Positions 40,222-51,504 of a stretch of 64,000 nt of DNA are shown in pieces (within the stretch, counting starts at the first letter, position 1; each line of letters opens with the position of its first letter). The position numbers and the translations under genes were made by a program. The notes beneath the pieces are model-generated. The model did no database searches and was not told the origin of the DNA. It saw nothing but the letters and a program-made list of their open reading frames with translations. Source of the stretch: an uncultured Clostridium sp. (GTDB taxonomy: Bacteria > Bacillota > Clostridia > TANB77 > CAG-508); NCBI GenBank assembly GCA_947244325.1, contig CAMXJY010000002.1, positions 26,070-90,069 on the forward strand. Direction: 5' to 3'.

Positions 40222-40590
40222 ATGGTACAGCAACAAACTAGATTAAAAGTAGCTGACAACACTGGTGCAAAAGAAATAATGTGCATTAGATGTTTAGGTG
40301 GTTCACATAGAAAATATGCTGAAATAGGAGATATAATAATGGCTTCTGTTAAAACAGCTACACCAGGTGGCGTTGTTAAAAAAGGAGAAGTTGTAAAAGC
40401 TGTAGTAGTAAGAACAAGAAAAGGTGTTAGAAGAGCTGACGGTTCTTATTTAAAATTTGATGAAAATGCAGCAGTTATAATTCGTGATGACGGAACACCA
40501 AAAGGAACACGTATATTTGGTCCAGTAGCAAGAGAATTAAGAGATAAAGATTATTTAAAAATCTTATCATTAGCTCCAGAAGTTCTTTAA
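40222..40590 (+). CDS. rplN: 50S ribosomal protein L14
   Basis: [18 protein letters not shown]14 N-terminus. Confidence 0.95.
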   Translation: MVQQQTRLKVADNTGAKEIMCIRCLGGSHRKYAEIGDIIMASVKTATPGGVVKKGEVVKAVVVRTRKGVRRADGSYLKFDENAAVIIRDDGTPKGTRIFGPVARELRDKDYLKILSLAPEVL

Positions 40591-40782
40591 GCCATTAATG
40601 AGATTAAATGAAATTTAATCGAATGTTACGGATTAAAGATGCAAAACTTTTTTCAAAAAGTTTTGTATGAATAACTATAAACTACGTTTTAAGTATTTAA
40701 ATAGTGTTCAGATTAAAGATGCGAATTTTCGTTGAAAATTCTGCAAACCTATAAAAATTTTCATTAAAATTTAGAAAACGAG

Positions 40783-41100
40783 GTGAAAAAATTGAGAATA
40801 AAAAAAGGTGATACTGTTAAAGTTTTATCAGGAAATGATAAAGGAAAAACAGGAGAAGTTTTAGAAGTAATACCAAAAACAAATAAAATTGTTGTTAAAG
40901 GTGTTAATGTTAGAAAAAAACATATCAAACCTAGAAAACAAGGTGAAGAAGGTGGAATAATACCAGTTGAATGTGCTATACATAGTGCTAAAGTTAATGT
41001 AGTATGTTCAAAATGTGGTAAAGCTACAAGAATAGGATATGTTGAAGAAAAAGGTGAAAAAGTTCGTGTTTGTAAAAAATGCGGTGCAAAAATAAAATAA
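40783..41100 (+). CDS. rplX: 50S ribosomal protein L24 (GTG start)
   Basis: KIKKGDTVKVLSGNDKGKTGEV KOW motif. Confidence 0.92.
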   Translation: MKKLRIKKGDTVKVLSGNDKGKTGEVLEVIPKTNKIVVKGVNVRKKHIKPRKQGEEGGIIPVECAIHSAKVNVVCSKCGKATRIGYVEEKGEKVRVCKKCGAKIK

Positions 41101-41128
41101 GAAAAAATGGAAGGAGGACTTAAAGTAA

Positions 41129-41668
41129 ATGGAAACACTTAGAGAACAATATGAAAAAGAAGTAGTTCCAGCATTAATGAAAAAATTTAATTATACTTCA
41201 GTAATGCAAGTTCCTAAATTAGAAAAGATAGTTATAAATATAGGATTAGGAGAAACAAAGGATAATCCTAAAGCTTTAGATAACGCTGTAAATGATTTAA
41301 GTATTATTACTGGTCAAAAACCAATAATAACAAAAGCAAAAAAATCAATAGCAGCATTCAAATTAAGAGAAGGTGCAAAAATAGGATGTAAAGTTACATT
41401 AAGAGCAGGAAAAATGTATGATTTTGCTCAAAAATTATTTAATGTAGCTCTTCCAAGAGTTAGAGATTTTAGAGGAGTATCAGCAAATTCTTTTGATGGT
41501 AGAGGAAATTACTCAATGGGTATAAAAGAACAATTAATATTCCCAGAAATCGAATATGATAAAGTAGATAAATTAAGAGGTATGGACATTATATTTGTTA
41601 CAACAGCTAAATCTGATGAAGAAGCTAAAGAATTATTAACTTTATTAGGAATGCCATTTAAAAACTAA
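41129..41668 (+). CDS. rplE: 50S ribosomal protein L5
   Basis: L5 family sequence with the motif [11 protein letters not shown]. Confidence 0.95.
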   Translation: METLREQYEKEVVPALMKKFNYTSVMQVPKLEKIVINIGLGETKDNPKALDNAVNDLSIITGQKPIITKAKKSIAAFKLREGAKIGCKVTLRAGKMYDFAQKLFNVALPRVRDFRGVSANSFDGRGNYSMGIKEQLIFPEIEYDKVDKLRGMDIIFVTTAKSDEEAKELLTLLGMPFKN

Positions 41669-41757
41669 GTTAGCTGTTTATATTAGATGCAGATAACTTA
41701 TGTAAATAAACGAAATGAGTTTTAAGCAAAGAATGTTTTTTATGAAAGGAGAAACAA

Positions 41758-41943
41758 ATGGCTAAAAAATCTTTAAAAGTAAAATGTGCTAAACCACAAA
41801 AATATGCAACTAGAGAATATAATAGATGTAAATTATGTGGTAGACCACATTCATATATAAGAAAATATGGAATATGCCGTGTTTGCTTTAGAGAATTAGC
41901 TCATAAGGGTGAGATTCCTGGAGTTAAAAAAGCAAGTTGGTAG
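41758..41943 (+). CDS. rpsZ: 30S ribosomal protein S14 type Z (zinc-binding, 61 aa)
   Basis: [23 protein letters not shown]xxC...CxxC motif. Confidence 0.93.
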   Translation: MAKKSLKVKCAKPQKYATREYNRCKLCGRPHSYIRKYGICRVCFRELAHKGEIPGVKKASW

Positions 41944-41980
41944 TAAATAAAGAAAATATTAAAAAAGGAGGGTAAAAAAC

Positions 41981-42379
41981 GTGAATACAACTGACCCAAT
42001 AGCAGATATGTTAACAAGAATAAGAAATGCAAATAGTCAAAAATTCAAAACTGTTGATGTTCCAGCATCAAAAATGAAAAAAGCTATTGCAGAAACATTA
42101 CTTGAAGAAGGATATATAAAAGGTATTGAAGAAATTGAAAGTGATGTACAAGGAGTTATAAGAATATCATTAAAATATGATGAGAAAGGTAATAGAGTTA
42201 TAGATGGATTAAGAAGAATCAGTAAACCTGGTTTAAGAATATATGCATCTAAAGATGAATTACCAAAAGTATTAAATGGATTAGGAATTGCTTTAATTTC
42301 TACATCAAAAGGAATAATGACAGACAAAAAAGCTAGAGAATTAGGTATAGGTGGAGAAGTTTTAGCTTATATCTGGTAA
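41981..42379 (+). CDS. rpsH: 30S ribosomal protein S8
   Basis: [15 protein letters not shown]8 N-terminus. Confidence 0.95.
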   Translation: MNTTDPIADMLTRIRNANSQKFKTVDVPASKMKKAIAETLLEEGYIKGIEEIESDVQGVIRISLKYDEKGNRVIDGLRRISKPGLRIYASKDELPKVLNGLGIALISTSKGIMTDKKARELGIGGEVLAYIW

Positions 42380-42405
42380 AAATTAAAAAAGGAGGGAAAT
42401 TCGAG

Positions 42406-42945
42406 ATGTCAAGAATAGGAAATAAGCCTATTACAGTACCAGAAGGTGTTGAATTAAAAATAGATGGTCAAAAGATTACTGTAAAAGGACCTAAAGGATC
42501 TTTAGAGAAAGAATTTCATAAAAACATGAAAATCAATCTTGAAGGTAATGTTGTAACAGTAGTTAGACCAGATGATGAACCAGCAAATAGAAGTTTACAC
42601 GGTTTAACAAGAACATTATTAAATAACATGATTGAAGGAACAACAAAAGGATTTGAAAGAAAATTAGAAGTTAATGGAGTTGGATATAGAGCAAGCAAAA
42701 AAGGAAATAATTTATTATTAAACTTAGGTTATTCTCATCCAGTTGAAGTTGAAGCTCCAGAAGGAATTACTTTTGATGTACCAAGTCAAAACGAGATAAT
42801 CGTTAAAGGTATGGATAAAGAATTAGTAGGTCAAACAGCAGCTGTTATCAGAACAAAGAGACCACCTGAAGTATATAGAGGTAAAGGTATCAAATATGCT
42901 GAAGAAGTTATTAGACGTAAAGAAGGTAAAGCTGGTAAGAAATAA
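42406..42945 (+). CDS. rplF: 50S ribosomal protein L6
   Basis: [16 protein letters not shown]6 N-terminus. Confidence 0.95.
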   Translation: MSRIGNKPITVPEGVELKIDGQKITVKGPKGSLEKEFHKNMKINLEGNVVTVVRPDDEPANRSLHGLTRTLLNNMIEGTTKGFERKLEVNGVGYRASKKGNNLLLNLGYSHPVEVEAPEGITFDVPSQNEIIVKGMDKELVGQTAAVIRTKRPPEVYRGKGIKYAEEVIRRKEGKAGKK

Positions 42946-43067
42946 AATAATGTTCGGGGTTAGATAAAAAAGTAAACTTTAGGGGGTATATTTAATCCCT
43001 TAAAGATTAGATACTTATATAAGGGCTTAAATATACCCCTATAAGGAAACCTAGAAAGGAGAAAATA

Positions 43068-43427
43068 ATGATTACTAAAATAGATAGAAAATCAGAAAGA
43101 GCAAGACGTCATGCAAGAGTACGTACAAAAATAAGCGGAACTGCTGAATGTCCTAGACTTGCTGTTACTAAATCAAATAAAAATATAATTGCTCAAATTA
43201 TAGATGATGCTAAAGGAACAACTTTAGTATATGTATCAACATTAGATAAAGATATAAAAACAAAAAAAGCAAATGTAGAAGCAGCTAAAGAAGTTGGAAC
43301 TGCAATTGCTAAAAAAGCAATAGACAAAAATATCAAAGATGTAGTTTTTGATAGAGGTGGATTTATATATCATGGTGTTGTTAAAGCTTTAGCTGAAGCT
43401 GCACGTGAAGCAGGATTAAATTTCTAA
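43068..43427 (+). CDS. rplR: 50S ribosomal protein L18
   Basis: [16 protein letters not shown]...[25 protein letters not shown]18 signature. Confidence 0.93.
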   Translation: MITKIDRKSERARRHARVRTKISGTAECPRLAVTKSNKNIIAQIIDDAKGTTLVYVSTLDKDIKTKKANVEAAKEVGTAIAKKAIDKNIKDVVFDRGGFIYHGVVKALAEAAREAGLNF

Positions 43428-43481
43428 AAGATGCAAATTATAAATTGCATACATTGAAGATAAGGAGGAAAAATTATTCTC

Positions 43482-43970
43482 ATGGAAGAAAGATCAGTAG
43501 AATTAAAAGAAACTGTAGTAGCTATCAATAGAGTTGCAAAAGTTGTTAAAGGTGGTAGAACTTTTAGATTTAGCGCTGTTGTAGTTGTTGGAGATGAACA
43601 AGGACACATTGGTGTAGGAAATGGAAAAGCTGCCGAAGTTCCAGACGCAATCAAAAAAGCTATTGAAGAAGCTAAAAAGAACTTAATAGAAGTTCCAATA
43701 GTTGGAACAACAATACCACATGAATTTGTTGGTAGATTTGGTAGTGCTAAAGTTATGTTAAAACCAGGTGCCGAAGGTACTGGAATCATAGCAGGTGGTA
43801 GTGTAAGACCTGTACTTGAACTTGCAGGATATAGAGACATCAATTCAAAAGTTATTGGAACAAATAACCCAAGAAATGTTGTTTATGCTACTATTGAAGC
43901 ATTAAAAAGCATGCAAACTGTTGAAGCAGTTGCTAAAAAAAGAGGAAAAAAAGTTAGCGATATAATGTAA
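43482..43970 (+). CDS. rpsE: 30S ribosomal protein S5
   Basis: [26 protein letters not shown]5 dsRBD region. Confidence 0.95.
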   Translation: MEERSVELKETVVAINRVAKVVKGGRTFRFSAVVVVGDEQGHIGVGNGKAAEVPDAIKKAIEEAKKNLIEVPIVGTTIPHEFVGRFGSAKVMLKPGAEGTGIIAGGSVRPVLELAGYRDINSKVIGTNNPRNVVYATIEALKSMQTVEAVAKKRGKKVSDIM

Positions 43971-44059
43971 TAAATTTTTATAAAATATTTGAAATTATAT
44001 TTATTAATGATATAATTAAAACGGAAATGTAAAACAAAATAGAGGAGGTGCAAAAACCA

Positions 44060-44494
44060 ATGGAATTAGGAAATATAGAGCCAGCTGTTAAAAGACAAAC
44101 TAAAAAAAGAGTAGGTCGTGGAGTAGGTTCTGGTCTAGGAAAAACATCAGGAAGAGGACATAAAGGACAAAAAGCAAGATCAGGTGGTGGTGTTAGAAGA
44201 GGCTTCGAAGGAGGTCAAACACCATTATATAGAAGATTACCAAAAAGAGGATTTACAAATATTCATGCTAAAAATTATACAGAAGTAACTTTAACAATGC
44301 TTAACAAATCAGAAGCAACTGAAGTTACAGCTGAAAGCTTATTAGAAGAAGGAATAATTGGAAAAATAAATGATGGAATAGTTGTTTTAGCTACAGGAAA
44401 CTTAGAGAAAAAATTAACAGTTAAAGCAAACAGATTTACTAAAGCTGCTGCAGAAAAAATAGAAGCTGCAGGTGGAAAGATTGAGGTGATTTAG
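44060..44494 (+). CDS. rplO: 50S ribosomal protein L15
   Basis: [27 protein letters not shown]15 Gly-rich motif. RBS gaggaggtg. Confidence 0.93.
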   Translation: MELGNIEPAVKRQTKKRVGRGVGSGLGKTSGRGHKGQKARSGGGVRRGFEGGQTPLYRRLPKRGFTNIHAKNYTEVTLTMLNKSEATEVTAESLLEEGIIGKINDGIVVLATGNLEKKLTVKANRFTKAAAEKIEAAGGKIEVI

Positions 44495-45820
44495 TTGTTC
44501 AAAACTATTAAAAATGCTTGGAAAACACCAGAAGTAAGAAAAAAGTTATTATATACTTTAATTTTAATAATAATTTTTAGATTAGGATGTTTTATAACAG
44601 TTCCAGGTGTTGATACTATTGCTCTAGGAGAGCAAATGCAATCAGCAACAGGAAGTTTAACAGGATTAATCAATACTATATCAGGTGGTGCTTTTTCAAA
44701 ATTATCAATATTCTCAATGACAATAACACCATATATTACAGCTTCAATTGTTATTCAATTGTTAGCAATGATAATACCTTCATTAGAAAAAATGATGAAG
44801 GAAGGTGGAGAGACTGGAAAACAAAAAATAAATAAATATACAAAATTAATGAGCTTAGTATTAGCATTAGTTGAAGGATTAGGTATATACATATCTTATA
44901 GCTCATCTGGAATATTTATTAATCCAGGATTATTAACAGGAGCTATAGTTGTATTATCTTTAGTAACAGGTACAGCAATATTAATGTGGTTAGGAGAGCA
45001 AATCACAAATAAAGGTATTGGAAATGGTATATCAATGATTATCTTTGTTGGTATCGTATCTAGATTACCTTCAGGAATAATAGTTTTATGGAATTTAATT
45101 ACAGCAAATGGTGCTGTAAGTACAGTAGGTATAGTAACATCATTAGCAATAATTGTTGGAGCTATTGTTTTAGTAGCAGGTGTTGTATTTGTACAACAAG
45201 CTGAAAGAAGAGTTCCAGTACAATATGCTAAAAAAGTAGTTGGAAGAAAAATGTATGGTGGACAAAATACACATATACCACTTAAGCTAGCAATGGCTGG
45301 TGTTATGCCAGTAATATTTGCATCATCATTTATGACATTCCCAGCTATGATGATTCAAATATTTGCAGCAGATAAAATTGGTGGAACAGGTTTTTTAGCC
45401 GGATTATATCAATTTTCTATAGCTACATCTTCTTCAAGTGTTGCTTGGGGATATTCATTAGCAAACGCAATAGTATATCTTTTATTAATAGTAGGATTTA
45501 CATTCTTCTATACTTATGCAACATTTAATCCAGCAGAAGTAGCAACAAATATTAAACAAAATGGTGGATTTATACCTGGTATTAGAGCAGGTAAACCAAC
45601 AACAGACTATTTAACATCAATATTAACTAAATTAACTTGGTTTGGAGCTTTATTCTTAAGTTTAATAGCTATCCTACCAATGTTAATGAGATTTTCAAGT
45701 GTAGATATTTCTTTTGGTGGTACATCAATACTTATCGTAGTTGGTGTTGCATTAGAAACAGTTCAACAATTAGAATCTCAATTAGTAATGAGACATTATA
45801 AAGGATTTTTAGAGAAATAA
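44495..45820 (+). CDS. secY: Protein translocase subunit SecY (TTG start)
   Basis: 441 aa with 10 TM segments. SecY signature GGAFSKLSIFSMTITPYITASI. Confidence 0.95.
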   Translation: MFKTIKNAWKTPEVRKKLLYTLILIIIFRLGCFITVPGVDTIALGEQMQSATGSLTGLINTISGGAFSKLSIFSMTITPYITASIVIQLLAMIIPSLEKMMKEGGETGKQKINKYTKLMSLVLALVEGLGIYISYSSSGIFINPGLLTGAIVVLSLVTGTAILMWLGEQITNKGIGNGISMIIFVGIVSRLPSGIIVLWNLITANGAVSTVGIVTSLAIIVGAIVLVAGVVFVQQAERRVPVQYAKKVVGRKMYGGQNTHIPLKLAMAGVMPVIFASSFMTFPAMMIQIFAADKIGGTGFLAGLYQFSIATSSSSVAWGYSLANAIVYLLLIVGFTFFYTYATFNPAEVATNIKQNGGFIPGIRAGKPTTDYLTSILTKLTWFGALFLSLIAILPMLMRFSSVDISFGGTSILIVVGVALETVQQLESQLVMRHYKGFLEK

Positions 45821-45832
45821 ATATTTATATAG

Positions 45833-45856
45833 GGTGGCTAATTTAGCCACCCATGT
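45833..45856 (+). terminator. Hairpin terminator immediately after secY
   Basis: gggtggctaa-ttt-agccaccc with a 9-bp perfect stem. Confidence 0.55.
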
Positions 45857-46073
45857 ATAATTTATTTGTGATAATTAAATTTATACAAGAGACTTCTTAG
45901 ATATGTATTTTATTCATATAGTTTTTGAATTGATGTATAGAATTTGAAGAATTAGTGAAAATAGTAACTTTAAAATTATTTAACTATTTATTAAAATATA
46001 TATCTAAAAAGTTATTATTAAATTTATTTATATAAAGTATTAATTAGTATGCATAATTAATTAGGAGGTTTTT

Positions 46074-46742
46074 ATGATTATTATTATGTTAGGAGCACAA
46101 GGTACAGGTAAAGGTACAGTTGCAGGATTATTAAGTGAAAGTATAGAAATACCACAAATATCAACAGGTGATATTTTTAGAAAAAATATTAGTGAAAAAA
46201 CACCATTAGGAATAGAAGCAGATAAATATATATCAAAAGGGGAACTAGTACCAGATGATATAACAGTTCCAATGCTTGCTGATAGATTAAATTATGAAGA
46301 TGCGAAAAATGGAGCAATATTAGATGGATTTCCAAGAACAATTGAGCAAGCTGAGAAATTAGATGAGATGTTAGCTCAAAATGGCAAAAAAGTAGATTTA
46401 GTAGTAAATTTAGTAACACCTAGAGAAGAAATAATAGATAGAATGTTAACAAGAAGAGTATGTACAAATCAAGATTGTAAAACAACATACAATATTAAAT
46501 TAAATCCACCAAAAGTAGAAGGAATTTGTGATAAATGTGGATCTAGTTTAAAACAAAGAGCTGATGATTCTGATCCAGAAGCAATAAATAAAAGATTAGA
46601 AATCTATGAAGAAAAAACAAGCCCATTAGTAGAATACTATCAAAATAAAGGTGTATTAAAAACAGAAACAATAAGTATATCAATAAATAGAATGGGAGCA
46701 GATGTAGCAAAAGATATTACTGAATACATTAAAAATAAATAA
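46074..46742 (+). CDS. adk: Adenylate kinase (with a zinc-binding lid CxxC...CxxC)
   Basis: LGAQGTGKGT P-loop. Lid CTNQDC...CDKCG. Confidence 0.92.
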   Translation: MIIIMLGAQGTGKGTVAGLLSESIEIPQISTGDIFRKNISEKTPLGIEADKYISKGELVPDDITVPMLADRLNYEDAKNGAILDGFPRTIEQAEKLDEMLAQNGKKVDLVVNLVTPREEIIDRMLTRRVCTNQDCKTTYNIKLNPPKVEGICDKCGSSLKQRADDSDPEAINKRLEIYEEKTSPLVEYYQNKGVLKTETISISINRMGADVAKDITEYIKNK

Positions 46743-46875
46743 TTTATAAAACATATAGTAGGAAATTTGTGATATATTATATGTTCACATGATGTGGATA
46801 GAAAATAAGGAGAAAGAAGGGATTAATCAATTAAATAGATTAATAATTCTGTGTAATTGATTATACGATATAAAA

Positions 46876-47646
46876 ATGATAAGTATAAAATCTAAAAGAG
46901 AAATTGAGTTAATGAAGGAAGCTTGTAAAATTACAGCTCAAACTTATGATTATATAGAAAAAATTATAAAACCAGGAATGACTACATTAGAACTTGATAA
47001 TTTAGCTGAAAAATTTATAAAAGAACATGGTGGAGTTCCAGCACAAAAAGGATATCCAAGTGGAGTAAGAGGAGTACCAGATTTTCCAGGAACATTATGT
47101 GTATCAATAAATGATGAAGTTATACATGGAATACCATCTAAAGATATTGTAATTAAAGATGGTGATGTAGTAAGTGTAGATTTAGTTGTATTAAAAAATG
47201 GATATAATGGAGATGCAGCAAGAACATTTTTAGTAGGAAATGTAAGTAATGAAGCAAGAGAACTTGTAGAAGTTACAAAACAATCTTTTTTTGAAGCAAT
47301 AAAATTTGCAAAAGCAGGAAATAGAGTTGGCGATATTTCAAATGCAGTTGAAAGCTATGTAAAACAATTTGGATTTTCTGTTGTAAAGGAATTTCAAGGA
47401 CATGGAATTGGAAAAGAAATGCATGAGGAACCAGGAATACCAAATTATGGAAAGCCAGGTAGAGGACCTAGACTTGAAGCTGGTATGACAATTGCTGTAG
47501 AACCTATGGTAATAGCTGGGAAACCAGATATTTGGGAACTAGAAGATGGATGGACTATAGCAACTCAAGATGGAAGCTTGGCAGCACATTATGAAAACAC
47601 AATTTTAATTACAGAAAATGAGCCAAAAATATTGACAATACTATAA
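46876..47646 (+). CDS. map: Type I methionine aminopeptidase
   Basis: Pita-bread fold motifs: VCVSINDEVIHGIP, DGDVVSVDLVV and FQGHGIGKEMHEEP. Confidence 0.93.
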   Translation: MISIKSKREIELMKEACKITAQTYDYIEKIIKPGMTTLELDNLAEKFIKEHGGVPAQKGYPSGVRGVPDFPGTLCVSINDEVIHGIPSKDIVIKDGDVVSVDLVVLKNGYNGDAARTFLVGNVSNEARELVEVTKQSFFEAIKFAKAGNRVGDISNAVESYVKQFGFSVVKEFQGHGIGKEMHEEPGIPNYGKPGRGPRLEAGMTIAVEPMVIAGKPDIWELEDGWTIATQDGSLAAHYENTILITENEPKILTIL

Positions 47647-47746
47647 AAATACTATATAATATTATAGATTATTGCTCAAGAAGCAATGAAATATGCGAAA
47701 ATACGCCTGTTGAGGGCTTATTTGCGTTAATTAAGGGGGATTAATT

Positions 47747-47965
47747 TTGTCTAAGGATGATGTAATTGAAGTAGAAGGTACTGTAATAGAAACATTACCA
47801 AATACTAATTTTAAAGTTGAACTTGAAAATGGACATCAAGTATTAGCTCATATTTCAGGAAAACTTAGAATGAACTATATAAAAATTCTACCAGGTGACA
47901 AAGTAAAATTAGAATTATCACCATATGATTTAACAAAAGGAAGAATTACTTGGAGAGCAAAATAA
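47747..47965 (+). CDS. infA: Translation initiation factor IF-1 (TTG start)
   Basis: [18 protein letters not shown]...[17 protein letters not shown]1-like IF-1 signature. Confidence 0.93.
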   Translation: MSKDDVIEVEGTVIETLPNTNFKVELENGHQVLAHISGKLRMNYIKILPGDKVKLELSPYDLTKGRITWRAK

Positions 47966-48079
47966 TAAGAAAAAAATAAGGGACATCTTAAATACAATTA
48001 AGAATTTGGGTGTGTACATAGCAAAAGAAATAAAAGAAGTCACTTATCTCGATAAATAAATTTTTTAGGAGGGAAGAAA

Positions 48080-48193
48080 ATGAAAGTAAGACCATCAGTA
48101 AAGAAAATATGTGAAAAATGCAAGATAATCAAAAGAAAAGGTGTTGTTAGAGTAATTTGCGAAAACCCAAAGCATAAACAAAGACAAGGTTAA
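48080..48193 (+). CDS. rpmJ: 50S ribosomal protein L36 (37 aa; absent from the ORF track)
   Basis: [37 protein letters not shown] preceded by RBS ttaggaggg. Canonical zinc-ribbon L36. Confidence 0.93.
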   Translation: MKVRPSVKKICEKCKIIKRKGVVRVICENPKHKQRQG

Positions 48194-48394
48194 TTATTAA
48201 AAAATCGATATTAACACAAGTATGTAGCGGCTGTCAGAAAAACTGATATTCATATTTGTGTTTATATATATGTCCAAAATAATTGAATTACTATTTTATT
48301 TATAATTGTATATAAATAAAATACATTTCAGGGTTTAATTATTTAAAGACAATAAGCAAAGTAAAGATAAAAATTTATGGAGGTGCAAAAATTT

Positions 48395-48763
48395 ATGGCT
48401 CGTATAGCAGGAGTTGATTTACCTAGAGAAAAAAGAGTAGAAATAGGATTAACATATGTATATGGTATAGGATTACCTAGTTCTCAAAAAATTCTTAAAG
48501 ACGCTGGAGTTAATCCAGATACTAGAGTAAAAGATTTAACAGATGATGAAGTATCAAATATAAGAAAAGCTATGGAAGGATTCAAAGTTGAAGGTGACTT
48601 AAGAAGAGAAGTAGCTTTAAATATCAAAAGACTTACAGAAATAGGATGCTACAGAGGAATCAGACATAGAAGAGGACTACCTGTAAGAGGACAAAGAACA
48701 AAAACTAATGCTCGTACAAGAAAAGGTCCAAGAAAATTAGTTAGCAAAAGTAAAAAAGCTTAA
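48395..48763 (+). CDS. rpsM: 30S ribosomal protein S13
   Basis: [27 protein letters not shown]13 N-terminus. RBS ggaggtg. Confidence 0.95.
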   Translation: MARIAGVDLPREKRVEIGLTYVYGIGLPSSQKILKDAGVNPDTRVKDLTDDEVSNIRKAMEGFKVEGDLRREVALNIKRLTEIGCYRGIRHRRGLPVRGQRTKTNARTRKGPRKLVSKSKKA

Positions 48764-48794
48764 ATAAAGAAAAATTAGAGGAGGTAAATACCAA

Positions 48795-49196
48795 ATGGCA
48801 AAAGCTAGTAACGTAAAGAAAACAGGTATCAGAAGAAGAGAAAGAAAAAATATAGATAAAGGTTCAGCTCATATTCATTCTAGTTTTAATAATACAATAG
48901 TTTCTATAACAGATACTCAAGGTAATGTTATTTCATGGGCAAGTGCTGGAGAACTTGGATTTAAAGGTTCAAGAAAAAGTACACCATTTGCAGCTGGTCA
49001 AGCAGCAGAAACAGCAGCTAAAGCAGCTATGGAACATGGATTAAAAACAGTTGATGTATATGTTAAAGGACCAGGTGCTGGACGTGAAGCTGCAATCAGA
49101 TCATTACAAACAGCTGGATTAGATATAACAATGATTAAAGATGTTACTCCAATTCCACACAATGGTTGTAGACCACCAAAAAGAAGAAGAGTATAG
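48795..49196 (+). CDS. rpsK: 30S ribosomal protein S11
   Basis: [29 protein letters not shown]11 signature. Confidence 0.95.
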   Translation: MAKASNVKKTGIRRRERKNIDKGSAHIHSSFNNTIVSITDTQGNVISWASAGELGFKGSRKSTPFAAGQAAETAAKAAMEHGLKTVDVYVKGPGAGREAAIRSLQTAGLDITMIKDVTPIPHNGCRPPKRRRV

Positions 49197-49271
49197 TATT
49201 AAATATAAAGTTTCTATTTAGTATAGAAATAAGATTATAAAGAATTTTTAGAAAGAGGTGTATTATAACAA

Positions 49272-49898
49272 ATGGCAAGATATAAAGACGAACAATGTCG
49301 TATATGCCGTAGAGAAGGACAAAAATTGTTCTTAAAAGGTTCAAGATGTTATTCTGATAAATGTAGCGTAACAAGAAGAAATTATGCTCCAGGACAACAC
49401 GGACAAAAAAGAACAAAACTTTCTGAATACGGTACACAATTAAGAGAAAAACAAAAAACAAGATCATTCTATGGAGTAGGTGAAAAACAATTCAGAAAAT
49501 ATTTTGAAATGGCTTCTAATAAAAAAGGTATTACAGGTACAAACCTTTTACAAATATTAGAAAGCAGATTAGATAATGTTGTTTATAGATTAGGTTTTGG
49601 TGTTTCAAGACCTCAAGCTAGACAAATAGTTACACATGGAAGTATAGAAGTTAATGGTGTAAAAACAGACATCGCTTCTTATTTGGTAAAACCAGGAGAT
49701 GTTATTTCAGTTAGAGAAAATAGAAGAGATAACACAGTTATAAAAGCTAATATAGAAGCTGGAGCTGCAAGACCTGTACCAGAATGGTTAGAATTAGATA
49801 GCAAAAACTTAAGTGCAAAAGTTCTTAGAGTAGTAACTAGAGAAGAAATCGACTTACCAGTTGAAGAACATATGATCATAGAGTTATATTCTAAATAA
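49272..49898 (+). CDS. rpsD: 30S ribosomal protein S4
   Basis: [16 protein letters not shown] zinc ribbon, plus the S4 RNA-binding domain. Confidence 0.95.
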   Translation: MARYKDEQCRICRREGQKLFLKGSRCYSDKCSVTRRNYAPGQHGQKRTKLSEYGTQLREKQKTRSFYGVGEKQFRKYFEMASNKKGITGTNLLQILESRLDNVVYRLGFGVSRPQARQIVTHGSIEVNGVKTDIASYLVKPGDVISVRENRRDNTVIKANIEAGAARPVPEWLELDSKNLSAKVLRVVTREEIDLPVEEHMIIELYSK

Positions 49899-50021
49899 TA
49901 ACTTAGGTTAATGATTAGATTATTATTTAAATTAATTAAATAATAATTTGAATACTTAGGATACGTACATGAGATATATTAAATTTTATAGGTTATGATG
50001 TAACCATTTTAGGAGGTAAGA

Positions 50022-50969
50022 ATGATTGAATTTGAAAAACCAAATATTGAATGTGTAGAGACAGACGATAAGAGGAATTATGCAAAATTCATATGTGAAC
50101 CATTAGAGCGTGGATATGGAATGACTATAGGAAATTCTTTAAGAAGAATTTTATTATCATCATTACCAGGAGCTGCTATAACAAGTGTTAAGATAAACGG
50201 CGTAGTACATGAGTTTTCTACAGTGCAAGGTGTTGTGGAAGACGTTCCTGAGTTAATTGTTAATTTAAAAAATGTAAGACTTAAAGTTTTTGATAATGAC
50301 GAAAAAATTATAAGAATCGATTTCAAAGGTGCTGGAGAAATAAAGGCTGCTGATATCGTAACAGATGGAACAGTTGAAATATTAAATCCAGAACTACATA
50401 TAGCAACAACATCAGCAAACGCAGATTTACACATGGAAATGACTGTAAATAGAGGTAGAGGATATAACGTTGCTGAGAAAAATAAAAAAGATAATAATCC
50501 AATAGATGTATTACCAATAGATTCTATATTTACTCCAGTAAAGAAAGTAAATTATTCTGTTGAAAATACTAGAGTTGGTCAAATGGTAGATTATGATAAA
50601 TTAACAATTGAAGTTTGGACAGATGGTAGTTTAAAACCATTTGAAGCATTAAGCTTAGCTGCAAAAGTTATGACAGGTCATTTAGAATTATTTATTGACT
50701 TATCAGAAACAGCTAGAAATACTCAAGTTATGGTTGAAAAAGAAGAATCAAAGAAAGAGAAAGTTTTAGAAATGCCTATAGAGGAATTAGAACTTTCTGT
50801 AAGATCATACAACTGCTTAAAGAGAGCAGGAATTGCAACTGTAGAAGATTTAGCAAATAAATCACAAGAAGATATGATGAAAGTTAGAAATCTTGGTAAA
50901 AAATCATTAGACGAAGTTACAAATAAATTAATTGCTTTAGGTTTAAACTTCACATCAGAAGAAGAATAA
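50022..50969 (+). CDS. rpoA: DNA-directed RNA polymerase subunit alpha
   Basis: N-terminal-domain [25 protein letters not shown]-terminal-domain [15 protein letters not shown]. Confidence 0.95.
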   Translation: MIEFEKPNIECVETDDKRNYAKFICEPLERGYGMTIGNSLRRILLSSLPGAAITSVKINGVVHEFSTVQGVVEDVPELIVNLKNVRLKVFDNDEKIIRIDFKGAGEIKAADIVTDGTVEILNPELHIATTSANADLHMEMTVNRGRGYNVAEKNKKDNNPIDVLPIDSIFTPVKKVNYSVENTRVGQMVDYDKLTIEVWTDGSLKPFEALSLAAKVMTGHLELFIDLSETARNTQVMVEKEESKKEKVLEMPIEELELSVRSYNCLKRAGIATVEDLANKSQEDMMKVRNLGKKSLDEVTNKLIALGLNFTSEEE

Positions 50970-50994
50970 TTATTTAAGAAAGGTGGAAAACAAA

Positions 50995-51504
50995 GTGGCA
51001 GGTACAAGAAAACTTGGAAAACCAACTGATCAAAGATTAGCAATGCTAAAATGTCAAACAACTGATTTATTATTAAATGGTAAAATAGTTACAACAGAAG
51101 CTAGAGCAAAAGAAGTAAAATCTTTAGTTGATAGCATTATAGCGTTAGCTGTTAAAGAACATAAAAACTTTGAAGAAGTAGAAGTAAAAGTTGTTAAAGC
51201 AAAATTAGATAACAACGGTAAAAAAGTTACAGAAAAAGTAACAAGCAAAAATGGAAAAGAATACTTAAAAGTTGTTAAAGAAGAAAAAATGGAAAAAAGA
51301 CAAAAAGATATGCCAACAAGATTAAATGCTAGAAGAAAAATAATGAAAAAAGTTAACAAAGTTGAAGGTGTTGACTTATTAGATAAATTATTTAATGAAC
51401 TAGCTCCAAAATATGAAGGAAGAGTTGGTGGATATACTAAAATATTAAAAATGGAACCAAGACGTGGAGACAATGGTAAACAAGCAATATTAATGTTAGT
51501 ATAG
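50995..51504 (+). CDS. rplQ: 50S ribosomal protein L17 with a roughly 50-aa Lys/Glu-rich internal insertion (GTG start)
   Basis: N-terminal RKLGKPTDQRLAML. C-terminal RVGGYTKILKMEPRRGDNGKQAILMLV. The extra K/E-rich segment lies between them. Confidence 0.9.
   Translation: MAGTRKLGKPTDQRLAMLKCQTTDLLLNGKIVTTEARAKEVKSLVDSIIALAVKEHKNFEEVEVKVVKAKLDNNGKKVTEKVTSKNGKEYLKVVKEEKMEKRQKDMPTRLNARRKIMKKVNKVEGVDLLDKLFNELAPKYEGRVGGYTKILKMEPRRGDNGKQAILMLV

Noticed and set aside
43424-43843. A 139-aa minus-strand ORF overlapping rpsE
   Set aside because: It is the antisense of a highly conserved ribosomal protein gene. It has no RBS and a low-complexity composition.
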